Shown piece after piece: positions 36,070 through 44,476 of a stretch of DNA of 64,000 nt. Within the stretch, counting starts at the first letter, position 1. Each line of letters opens with the position of its first letter. Below the pieces are notes generated by a model. That model worked only from the letters and a program-made list of their open reading frames with translations, had not been told where the DNA came from and did not search any database. Location: assembly GCA_018673915.1 (NCBI GenBank), contig JABHBK010000001.1, forward strand, positions 68,069 to 132,068. Reading direction: 5' to 3'. Source of the DNA: Nitrospina sp. Lineage in GTDB: Bacteria > Nitrospinota > Nitrospinia > Nitrospinales > VA-1. Both the position numbers and the translations under genes were made by a program.

Positions 36070-37428
36070 CTAGGTTAACTGGTATTTTTTTAGCATGCGG
36101 TAAAACGTGCTGCGGCTGATTCCCAAAGCTTTCGCCGCACCGGGGATATTTCCGTCGGTTTGTTCCAAGGCCTGGTTTAGAGTTTGCTTGACCACTTCAT
36201 GGTAGGGAGTGAGACCCTCGGTTTTTGCATTTATCTTTTCATCAGTAGGAGCTGAAGAGTCGAAGACGTCTTCGGGTAAACAGTCGGCGTCCAGAGTGTC
36301 GTAGGAGGTGACGATCATGGCCTGATAAAGAGTGTTTTCGAGTTGGCGGATGTTTCCGGGCCAGGAATATTCCTGCAAAATCTGCATGGCTTCATCACTG
36401 ACTGACAGGATTTCTTTGCCAATATCTTTTTGATGTTTTTTAAGGAAATGGCTGCAAAGCGGAGGAATGTCTTCTACTCTATCCCGCAAGGCGGAGACTT
36501 CTATGGGAAAGACGGCCAGCCGATAATAAAGGTCTTCTCGAAAGGCTTCTTTTTCAATCAATGTTTTAAGATTTTTGTTGGTCGCACAGATTACCCGGGT
36601 ATCAACCTGTATTTTTTGGGTGTCTCCCACGCGCTCTAAATATTTTTCCTGCAAAAAGCGCAACAATTTGGCCTGGGTGGAGAGGCTCATTTCCGCCACC
36701 TCATCGAGAAACAGGGTGCCTCCATCTGCCAGCTCCAGTTTTCCGGGTCGAGATTCGGTGGCGCCGGTGAAAGCCCCTTTTTTATGGCCGAACAATTCGC
36801 TTTCCTGTAGTGATTCGGGAATGGCTCCGCAATTGATATCTACAAAAGGTCCTTTGGCGTAGGTGCTGTTACGATGAACGGCGCGGGCAATGAGTTCTTT
36901 TCCGGTTCCGGTTTCTCCGAGAATGAGTACGCTGGCTTTGGTGGGTGCGACCTGATGAACTTTTTTTAGTGTTTCATTTAACGCATTACTATTGCCTATG
37001 ATTTCATCTTTTCCGGATAGACGGTCCACTTCGCTTTGCAGGTGGTGGACTTTGCGGACCAGGTTTCTTTGTTCAAAGGCTTTATCCAGACAGGTAAAAA
37101 GACGGGTTTCATCAACAGGTTTTAAAAGATAGTCATAAGCACCTAGCTTGATCACTTCGACAGCGGTTTCGACTTTGTCAACGCTGGTGAGCATGACCAC
37201 AGGTATATCTGGGTGGGTGGCTTTGATTTGTTTTAAAGTTTCCTGGCCGCTCAGGCCGGGCATCATCACATCGAGGAGGATCAGAGAAGGATTGTCCTCC
37301 AGTGCGTCAAGCAAGGCTTTTCCGCTTTCGAATTTTTGCACTGCATAGCCCTGGTCTTCCAAAAGCGCCTTCATCAGGCCTCTCAGCGGGGAATCATCAT
37401 CGACTACGAATATCAACTCAGTGGCCAT
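36070..37428 (-). CDS. sigma-54-dependent response regulator (NtrC family)
   Basis: REC domain (VVDDD, LILLDVMMPG, KP). AAA+ domain with GETGTGKE, GAFTGA and LFLDEV. C-terminal Fis-type HTH. Confidence 0.93.
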   Translation of the reverse strand: MATELIFVVDDDSPLRGLMKALLEDQGYAVQKFESGKALLDALEDNPSLILLDVMMPGLSGQETLKQIKATHPDIPVVMLTSVDKVETAVEVIKLGAYDYLLKPVDETRLFTCLDKAFEQRNLVRKVHHLQSEVDRLSGKDEIIGNSNALNETLKKVHQVAPTKASVLILGETGTGKELIARAVHRNSTYAKGPFVDINCGAIPESLQESELFGHKKGAFTGATESRPGKLELADGGTLFLDEVAEMSLSTQAKLLRFLQEKYLERVGDTQKIQVDTRVICATNKNLKTLIEKEAFREDLYYRLAVFPIEVSALRDRVEDIPPLCSHFLKKHQKDIGKEILSVSDEAMQILQEYSWPGNIRQLENTLYQAMIVTSYDTLDADCLPEDVFDSSAPTDEKINAKTEGLTPYHEVVKQTLNQALEQTDGNIPGAAKALGISRSTFYRMLKKYQLT

Positions 37429-37548
37429 TTTAATTCAAATCAATAGGTTAGGCTTATCATTCATTGATTGTAGCCCACTCCGCAAAATTTAAGAAAAAAA
37501 TGATAAACTGATGGTGTTCACAATTTCAAGGAAAGGTGAAAATTTCAA

Positions 37549-39297
37549 ATGGGATCGTTGGCAAGTCAAACTAGAGGGGTTTTGTTGGCAGGATTGGTTT
37601 TGGCTATTGTGAGTTGGGGTATTGCTCGCGATCGTGCTCAGAAAACCTGGTTCAATGAATTGGAGCAGGAGGTTCTGGAAGACACTCTTATTCTGACTGG
37701 AGAACTGGAAGTAGTGAAGAGGGAATTGGGAGGCATAGTGTCCCTTTATAATTCTTCAGAATTTGTAAGTCGGGAAGAGTTTGGAGCTTATGTCCAGCCT
37801 CTTTTAAGGAACCATCCCTTCATTCAGGCCTTTGAGTGGATTCCGCTTATTGACCACTCGGAAAGGGAAGGGTTTGAAGGCATTACCCGTTCTATGGGAT
37901 ATGTAGAGTTTCATGTCTTTTCATCGTCAGGTCCCTCCGAGGCAAAGCAGGAATATTTTCCGGTACATTATGTAGAACCTATTCCCGGCAATGAGCAGAC
38001 GCTTGGCTTTGATCTGGCTTCTGATCCGAAATTGTTAGAACTCACCAATACCGCGAGAGATACGGGAAGAGAAGTTGCGGCTTCACGGTTTGGGCCGGTA
38101 CCCAACGCCCGATCACAATTGGATATGATAATTCTTGCTCCTTATTATAATGGAGGAAAGAACCCAGAACGAACTGAAGAAAGACGGGAGCATTTAAAAG
38201 GTTTTGTGCTTGGTATTTATCGAGTTGGGGACATGATTGATCAAATGCTCAATCCTTATATTCCCAATGGAATGAATTTAACTGTTTACGAGGAAGGTGA
38301 TCTGGTTCCAGAAAATCTACTTTATGGTAATTCTTTAAAAAATCCAGCCATGAAGATCACCAACGTTGTTACTGTTTCCAACCGTCGCTGGTTTTTGGTT
38401 TGGCAGGTTACTGAAGAGTTTCGCGGTGGGCCTCAAACATTAAATGCGTTTTGGGTGGGGCTTGCCATTTTATCAGGAGCCCTGTTTCTATCTATTATCA
38501 TCGAGATAATGGCATCGCGAACTCGTGTTGTGGAGAGTGAGGTTCGGGTTCGTACGGAAGAATTGACTCAGGCAAACCAGAAGCTGGTTGAGTTGAACGA
38601 TTTAAAAAATAAATTTCTTGGAATGGCATCGCACGATCTCAGGAATCCTCTTGCTTCGATTCGTGGTTATTCGAAATTTCTTTTAGATAAAGGAATGCAA
38701 GTCAAGGAGGATACACGACAGGAATTTTTAACAAGCATTAAAAATGTCAGTGGAAATATGTTGGAGTTGATCAGCAACCTTTTGGATATCTCGGTGATTG
38801 AGAGTGGGCAGTTGAAACTGAACCCCGAAAAAGCATCCATAAAAAAACTCGCTGAAGAGAAAATCCATCTGCAACAGATTTTGGCGGATAAAAAAAATAT
38901 TGTCCTCCATGCGGATTTGGAAGAGGTTCCGGAATTTTATTTTGACGCAAACCGTATGGGGCAGGTGATGGATAATCTTCTCAGTAATGCGGTTAAGTAT
39001 TCACCGCCGGATAAAGAGGTTTTTGTCAAGCTGGAGTCGACGGGAGAAATCATGACTGTCAGCGTAAAGGATGACGGGCCAGGGATTTCCCCAGATGAGC
39101 AGGGGCAGCTATTCCAGCATTTTCAAAAATTAAGCGCCCGACCCACGGGGGGTGAAAGCAGTTCTGGCTTGGGGTTGGCTATTGCTCAGAGAATTGTGGA
39201 AGAACATCAAGGTAGCATTGGTGTGGATAGCCAACTCGGTCAGGGGGCTACGTTTTACTTTTCTTTGCCCACTGGGAATCTGGAAACTACGGAATAA
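37549..39297 (+). CDS. CHASE-domain sensor histidine kinase
   Basis: The periplasmic region has FIQAFEWIP...FPVHYVEP...LGFDLASDP (CHASE-like). A TM helix follows, then H-box ASHDLRNPL and HATPase NAVKYS/DDGPGI/GLGLAI. Confidence 0.85.
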   Translation: MGSLASQTRGVLLAGLVLAIVSWGIARDRAQKTWFNELEQEVLEDTLILTGELEVVKRELGGIVSLYNSSEFVSREEFGAYVQPLLRNHPFIQAFEWIPLIDHSEREGFEGITRSMGYVEFHVFSSSGPSEAKQEYFPVHYVEPIPGNEQTLGFDLASDPKLLELTNTARDTGREVAASRFGPVPNARSQLDMIILAPYYNGGKNPERTEERREHLKGFVLGIYRVGDMIDQMLNPYIPNGMNLTVYEEGDLVPENLLYGNSLKNPAMKITNVVTVSNRRWFLVWQVTEEFRGGPQTLNAFWVGLAILSGALFLSIIIEIMASRTRVVESEVRVRTEELTQANQKLVELNDLKNKFLGMASHDLRNPLASIRGYSKFLLDKGMQVKEDTRQEFLTSIKNVSGNMLELISNLLDISVIESGQLKLNPEKASIKKLAEEKIHLQQILADKKNIVLHADLEEVPEFYFDANRMGQVMDNLLSNAVKYSPPDKEVFVKLESTGEIMTVSVKDDGPGISPDEQGQLFQHFQKLSARPTGGESSSGLGLAIAQRIVEEHQGSIGVDSQLGQGATFYFSLPTGNLETTE

Positions 39298-39309
39298 ATA
39301 AAAAAAGTA

Positions 39310-40947
39310 TCAGAGACCCCGAACTGTCTTTCCTTCAGGGTATTCCACTTGAAAATCCAAAGTCACTGTTTTACTTTCCTTGGGGGCAAGACGAATTTTC
39401 CAGGTAATAAAATTTTGTTTATCTTTTTGGTCAGGCGTGGGTTTGATTTGATTGATTTGTACCTTAATCTCTTCCTGATAAGAGAGGGGAAGTTGATCCT
39501 TTAGTTCAATTTGGATGGGCACATCTTTAAAGTTTTCCAAGCTGACTTCAAAAATGTAGCGCTGTTTTGCAGTTTGGTTGAAGATTCCTTCCTCGCCACC
39601 TTCCTTCTTGATAAGTTTGCGTTCAACCTTGATGGATTCATCCAGTCCCAGGCCCATTTCCATTTTTTGTCCCGGTGCTGTGTTTTTAATCCAGGACTTT
39701 CCAGCAAAACTTCCATCTACGAAATTTTTGATAGGGCCGGGTAACAAATGGTAAGGGCTTGAGTTTTGAGTTTTGGCCTTGAGAAATACCTTTTGAACGT
39801 TTTTAGGTATTGCTGTGTATATCAATTCCGCATCGAACCGGTCACTAAATATCAGGGAACGATAATTATTAGATCCCGTTGCAATAGTTTGTTTTTCAGG
39901 GATCTGATAGGTGAACGAAACACCTGACTGGATAACTTTTGTATTCATCAAAACAGCACTATCCCGTTGAGGTGCGCTTCGCTTTAGGGCGCGACTGTTT
40001 TCCTGAAATGAAAGGGCCTCCATTTTTGCGTGAGAGGGATAGTCTACAACCCAGGGGCGTAACTTTGGCGGGGTGGTTCCTCGCGAAGGTTGACTGGTTG
40101 TCAGCTCTAACGAGATATCATCCCAATCTTCACCCGTTTTTTGGCTTATTTGTCCGATGTATTCGAATGCGATTGATTGTTGTTGAGTGTCTGTGCGGAG
40201 CCTGTAAGCAGGTTTCCAACTTGTATTTCTTATTTGATAAGAGATGTCAATGTGGGTCGTAGTGGATTGATTCGATCTGAGGTTAACTTGGATATAGTTA
40301 GCCTCTTTTTTCGTTCCTGCTTTCATGTCGGCAAGTTTTTTCTCTTCTACCAAGAGAAATTTTTCTGCAACTTGAGATTTGATTAAAGTTTCTCTGTGGC
40401 GATCTCTTCTTATTTTTCCGCGAGTGGCTTTGAACTCAAGAACAGAGTCCCAATAATCCGGGCCAGGCAAAACATTGGATTGATTTTTTTCTCCGGAAAG
40501 ACTTTCAATATAGTTTAGCTGGTGCTCCAAATTGCCCAACTCATCTCTAATGGAATTATGTTTCAACCGCAACTGATCGACCCGGGCTTCCTGTTTTTGA
40601 ATTGAATCATCGAGGAATCTAGTTTGGTAAGTTTTTTGGATTGAAAAATTTCCTATTTGAATGAGGGAATCGGTTTCAGGCGAGATTCTTATAGAATCTA
40701 TAATCATTGAAGTTGGGAAAGGACCTATTACCGTATCCGAAGAGCCTTTAGGCAGGTGTATTGCAGTTTTCCGAAATATCTCTGCGCGATCTGTATACAA
40801 TCGGACTTTTTGGATTTTACCTGGTTTTATGGGTTGAGTTTGCTGGGAGGCTTCCAGGCCTGGAACATAAAAAACTAATAAGAAGAAAAGCCCTCGGAAA
40901 ATATTGAGCTTCCAGAGGGGAGTTTTTGATTCATTAAGGATTTTCAT
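39310..40947 (-). CDS. DUF4140/DUF4139 (TIGR02231, MuiA-like) exported protein
   Basis: Signal peptide when started at MKILNES. Central coiled coil and a long beta-rich C-terminal part. The architecture matches my recollection of the family. Confidence 0.55.
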   Translation of the reverse strand: MKILNESKTPLWKLNIFRGLFFLLVFYVPGLEASQQTQPIKPGKIQKVRLYTDRAEIFRKTAIHLPKGSSDTVIGPFPTSMIIDSIRISPETDSLIQIGNFSIQKTYQTRFLDDSIQKQEARVDQLRLKHNSIRDELGNLEHQLNYIESLSGEKNQSNVLPGPDYWDSVLEFKATRGKIRRDRHRETLIKSQVAEKFLLVEEKKLADMKAGTKKEANYIQVNLRSNQSTTTHIDISYQIRNTSWKPAYRLRTDTQQQSIAFEYIGQISQKTGEDWDDISLELTTSQPSRGTTPPKLRPWVVDYPSHAKMEALSFQENSRALKRSAPQRDSAVLMNTKVIQSGVSFTYQIPEKQTIATGSNNYRSLIFSDRFDAELIYTAIPKNVQKVFLKAKTQNSSPYHLLPGPIKNFVDGSFAGKSWIKNTAPGQKMEMGLGLDESIKVERKLIKKEGGEEGIFNQTAKQRYIFEVSLENFKDVPIQIELKDQLPLSYQEEIKVQINQIKPTPDQKDKQNFITWKIRLAPKESKTVTLDFQVEYPEGKTVRGL

Positions 40948-41210
40948 ATCAGCCATTATTCTAGAGAGAGTGAATCGGTTCAACAACTAATTTGACAATA
41001 TAAAAATAAGGGTAATCTCTTCTATTTATAGTTTTTTGGGTGAAAAAGCAATTCTGATACGAGTGAACCCATTTTCGCGCTGTAGGACAAATGCCTATCC
41101 CGTTCTCAGTTTAATGATGTAGGGCGCGAAGGTGAATGGCTGATACTTAAGAGCTCCTTCGGTCTTTATACTTATAAGGCTGAATATCGACTTAATGCAA
41201 AGGCCAAAAC

Positions 41211-41564
41211 ATGCGCATTACACAAATTATTTTTTGTTTGCTGTTTTCACTCGGCATTTCTGTGGGTCTGGTGAAGGCAGAACCTCGAGTGATATCCTTG
41301 AATGTGCTGGGACAGGGTCCTTTAAAAATTTTTCAAAATGTTCCTGTTCAAGTGAGCAATACCTTTCAAACAAACTTGTATAACTTGACCGTGACAAAAC
41401 CACCTATCGCCAAAGAAATCCTTTCCGTATCCAAATTCATTCCCGGGCAAACCTTTGACCTTTCTTTTTCCAAAGTGGGGGCCTATGAGATTTGCTTTTC
41501 CAAAGGAAAAAATGAGGCTCGGACCTGCCTGAACCTGGATGTTCTGAAAAGAACAGTTGCCTGA
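41211..41564 (+). CDS. small secreted beta-sandwich protein (cupredoxin_1-like shape, no Cu ligands evident)
   Basis: Signal peptide MRITQIIFCLLFSLGISVGLVKA. ...PGQTFDLSFSKVGAYEICFS. Confidence 0.45.
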   Translation: MRITQIIFCLLFSLGISVGLVKAEPRVISLNVLGQGPLKIFQNVPVQVSNTFQTNLYNLTVTKPPIAKEILSVSKFIPGQTFDLSFSKVGAYEICFSKGKNEARTCLNLDVLKRTVA

Positions 41565-41648
41565 TGGGCACACCTTTCCTGATTTCCCTGGTAAATTTTG
41601 GGTCTAGGAAGTTGTAAGCCTCCTTTATACGCAGGGGGGACGACCTGT

Positions 41649-42638
41649 TTAGGGAGCAACCCTCCAAATCGAGTTTACAAAATATTTCTGCGAATCAAAT
41701 AAATGTTCCTCGATTTGAAACCCGCTTTCAGTGGCGAGGCTTTCTATTTCCTCAAGAGTAAATTTAAAAGATTGTTCCGTCTGCATCGTTTCCCAAGCTT
41801 TAAAATGATAGTCTTCGTCTAAGGACTTAATATGTACAGTTTGGTTGCATGTGCTGTATAGATAACTTTCAACTGCGCGGGTATTTGGGTTGTATTGGCC
41901 TTGTTGCACAAAGTTATTTTTATTAAAGTTTGCTCCGAGCATCTGATTAATGCGATCCAGAAGATGCAGATTGAATTTTTCAAATAGCTGGTTATTGTAG
42001 GCAGAATAAAGCAGTTTAGGGTTTTTCATGAGGTCAAATCCAATCAATAAGTAATCCTTTGGTCCCAGCGTCTCGCATAAATTTTTGAGAAATGATCGGG
42101 CTGTATCCCGGTCCATATTGTTCAGGGTTACTCCTAAAAAGAGGACCAGGTTTTGCTTTGAACCTTCTTGTGTAATGGTGTTGAGACCATCAAAATAATC
42201 TCCGATCAAACCTGTAACTTGAAGGTGGGTGTCTTGCTGTTCAGCTTCCAGGGATCGAACCAGGTTTGTGACCGCTCCGCTGGAAATATCTATGGGGAAA
42301 TAATGAAAACCGAAATTTTCATTGAGTAAATGTTCGATGAGAATCCTGGTCTTACAACCATCCCCTGAACCCAACTCGATAAGGTTGAATTTGTCACCGG
42401 AAATAAGTTTTGCAATTTTGTTTTTATGGTTACGAATGATTTCAAATTCACATGCTGCGGGAAGATACTCTGCGAGCTCTGTTATCGCCTTGAAAATCAC
42501 ACTTCCAGCGCTATCAAAAATTAGCCAGGAGGGTAAACACTTGTTATCAAGTGAGAGGCCCTTATGAACTGCGCTTGCAAATTGATCCTCCTGAGAAATT
42601 GATGCGGACCCGGCTTTCAGGGTTTTTGTTTCAAACAA
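41649..42638 (-). CDS. EgtD-family (Methyltransf_33) SAM-dependent amino-acid N-methyltransferase
   Basis: TTG start after GAAAGGAG. LPSWLIFDSAGSVIF..ITELAEY, LIELGSGDGCKTRILIEHL, YFPIDIS, LFLGVTLNN, and TEQSFKF colinear with M. smegmatis EgtD as I recall it. Confidence 0.75.
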   Translation of the reverse strand: MFETKTLKAGSASISQEDQFASAVHKGLSLDNKCLPSWLIFDSAGSVIFKAITELAEYLPAACEFEIIRNHKNKIAKLISGDKFNLIELGSGDGCKTRILIEHLLNENFGFHYFPIDISSGAVTNLVRSLEAEQQDTHLQVTGLIGDYFDGLNTITQEGSKQNLVLFLGVTLNNMDRDTARSFLKNLCETLGPKDYLLIGFDLMKNPKLLYSAYNNQLFEKFNLHLLDRINQMLGANFNKNNFVQQGQYNPNTRAVESYLYSTCNQTVHIKSLDEDYHFKAWETMQTEQSFKFTLEEIESLATESGFQIEEHLFDSQKYFVNSIWRVAP

Positions 42639-42842
42639 GAGTGCAGCTCCTTTCTCGGCTGGGTGAATTTGACCCTGTTAATTTCATTTGTTATAGTACT
42701 TTTATGAACCTCTTTTTACACCTTATTTTATTAGCTCGATCAAATTCTGTAGGATAATTTTTCCTGCATTCATGATGTCTATTGGTTGATGGTTGTCGTT
42801 TAAACAGATAGACTCGAATTCTAATTTAAAATACTCAATTCA

Positions 42843-43904
42843 ATGCATTTTAATTCACAAACAGATTCTACAGCCCTAGATTATACCTACCAGGAATTGG
42901 AGGATGAGTTCGTAGGTTTGATGAATTTGAATAATCTGGATAGAGTCATTGCGGGAAACCCTGATCGGGTTGAAAGTTTTGAGTTGGAACTTGAAGTTTC
43001 TTTGTCTGCCGCATTTGAAAGTGGTGCGGGTTGCCCTCAAGCACGCTTGCTTTTGCAGAGAATTCTATATCGCATAAACCGTTTGAAACTTTTTTGGTAT
43101 GACGGATTAGACAATTATGCCAATGAAGATTCCAGTTTCCTGTTTTCATTACGAATGAAAATTGAGAATGCCTGGCAGGATTGGGAGGATGGTAATAACA
43201 TCATGCGCAATTCCGATGATCTCCGCGGGGCTCTTCGTGATCGTGTGCAGGATGACCTGCAACCCGAGCCGTCGCCGGATGGTTTGGTCATTCGTAATGA
43301 GATTTCAAAAGCCGGGTACCAGCAATTGCTCGCTATAACTTCCCTGGACGGTCTGGTGGAAGCGAGTCAGCTTTCCCGTATGCTTGGAGGTGTCGGAAAC
43401 GAAGTGCAGACGATGCTGACGCGGATTTTATGGGAAGAATATGGTAGTGGAAAATTTTCGCGAAAGCATTCCACACATTTCGCACTCATGCTGGAAGAAT
43501 GTGATTTAGATTCAAGGCCGGAAGTTTATTTTGATCTTGCGCCGTGGGAGGTGCTGGCAAATATTAACCATAGTTTTTTTCTTTCCGAGCGTAAGAAAAA
43601 CTTTTTACGTTATATCGGTGGTTTGCTCTACACGGAAGTTTCTGTTCCTGCTGCGTTTCAAAATATCAAAATGGCTGGTGAGCGTTTGGAAATGGGTGGA
43701 AAGGGGGTCAGCTATTGGGATCTTCATATCCAAGAGGATATCCGCCATGGGCAATGGATGCTGGATGATGTTGCCTTTCCCCTGATTGAAAAATATCCTG
43801 ATCAAGCCTGGGACATGGTAAAGGGGTATGACCAGCAAAAGTTTATCAGCTCCCGTGCGACCTCAGCCATTGTAGAGTCCATTCGACAACTGGAATTCTC
43901 CTGA
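42843..43904 (+). CDS. haem-oxygenase-like di-iron (iron-containing redox enzyme) family protein
   Basis: LWEEYGSGKFSRKHSTHF (E..E/H helix) and YWDLHIQEDIRHGQW (H-x2-ED-x2-H) are typical metal-ligand helices of the family. No Shine-Dalgarno sequence, so the start is uncertain. Confidence 0.6.
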   Translation: MHFNSQTDSTALDYTYQELEDEFVGLMNLNNLDRVIAGNPDRVESFELELEVSLSAAFESGAGCPQARLLLQRILYRINRLKLFWYDGLDNYANEDSSFLFSLRMKIENAWQDWEDGNNIMRNSDDLRGALRDRVQDDLQPEPSPDGLVIRNEISKAGYQQLLAITSLDGLVEASQLSRMLGGVGNEVQTMLTRILWEEYGSGKFSRKHSTHFALMLEECDLDSRPEVYFDLAPWEVLANINHSFFLSERKKNFLRYIGGLLYTEVSVPAAFQNIKMAGERLEMGGKGVSYWDLHIQEDIRHGQWMLDDVAFPLIEKYPDQAWDMVKGYDQQKFISSRATSAIVESIRQLEFS

Positions 43905-43920
43905 GAACTACCAATATTAA

Positions 43921-44352
43921 TCAGGAAGAAATATCCAAAGTCTTTTTTGTGTCAATGGTCAACAATAAGGCGTCCTTGAGTTTATAGACTCCATGAATCA
44001 ATTGGCGTGCTACGTCATCCAATGTTTCGGGAGGAGGCTCAAGGGCTTCATCCCCCACCTCGAGAACATCTCCGATGCGGTCAACCAGGAGGCTCACTAC
44101 ATCATCATCGGTCCTGATAACTACATTCATGGGTTTCTTGTCACCTGGAAGGTCTTTCATTCCTAGCCGACGTCTCAAATCAATGGCTGTAATGATTTGT
44201 CCTCTGAGATTGATCAATCCTCGAACCACTGAGGGAGCAAGTGGAACCTGCGTCATTTCCTGGTAGCGAAAAACTTCCTGCACCCGTTCCACTTCGACAC
44301 CAAAAAAACGATCCTCAAGGTAAAATGTGCAAAACTGTTTTTGATCATTCAT
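43921..44352 (-). CDS. cheW: chemotaxis coupling protein CheW
   Basis: 143 aa. FCTFYLEDRFFGVEVERVQEV...PLAPSVVRGLINLRGQIITAIDL. Confidence 0.92.
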   Translation of the reverse strand: MNDQKQFCTFYLEDRFFGVEVERVQEVFRYQEMTQVPLAPSVVRGLINLRGQIITAIDLRRRLGMKDLPGDKKPMNVVIRTDDDVVSLLVDRIGDVLEVGDEALEPPPETLDDVARQLIHGVYKLKDALLLTIDTKKTLDISS

Positions 44353-44476
44353 GGCTTACTTCCTCAAGTTTTTTTCAATCATGGAGCTGCATATTCTTTA
44401 TCTAAAGGAACGGAGTACAGCCAGCAATTGATTTCATATCGATCCTTTCATCAAGAATTAGAAACAGGAATGACCA

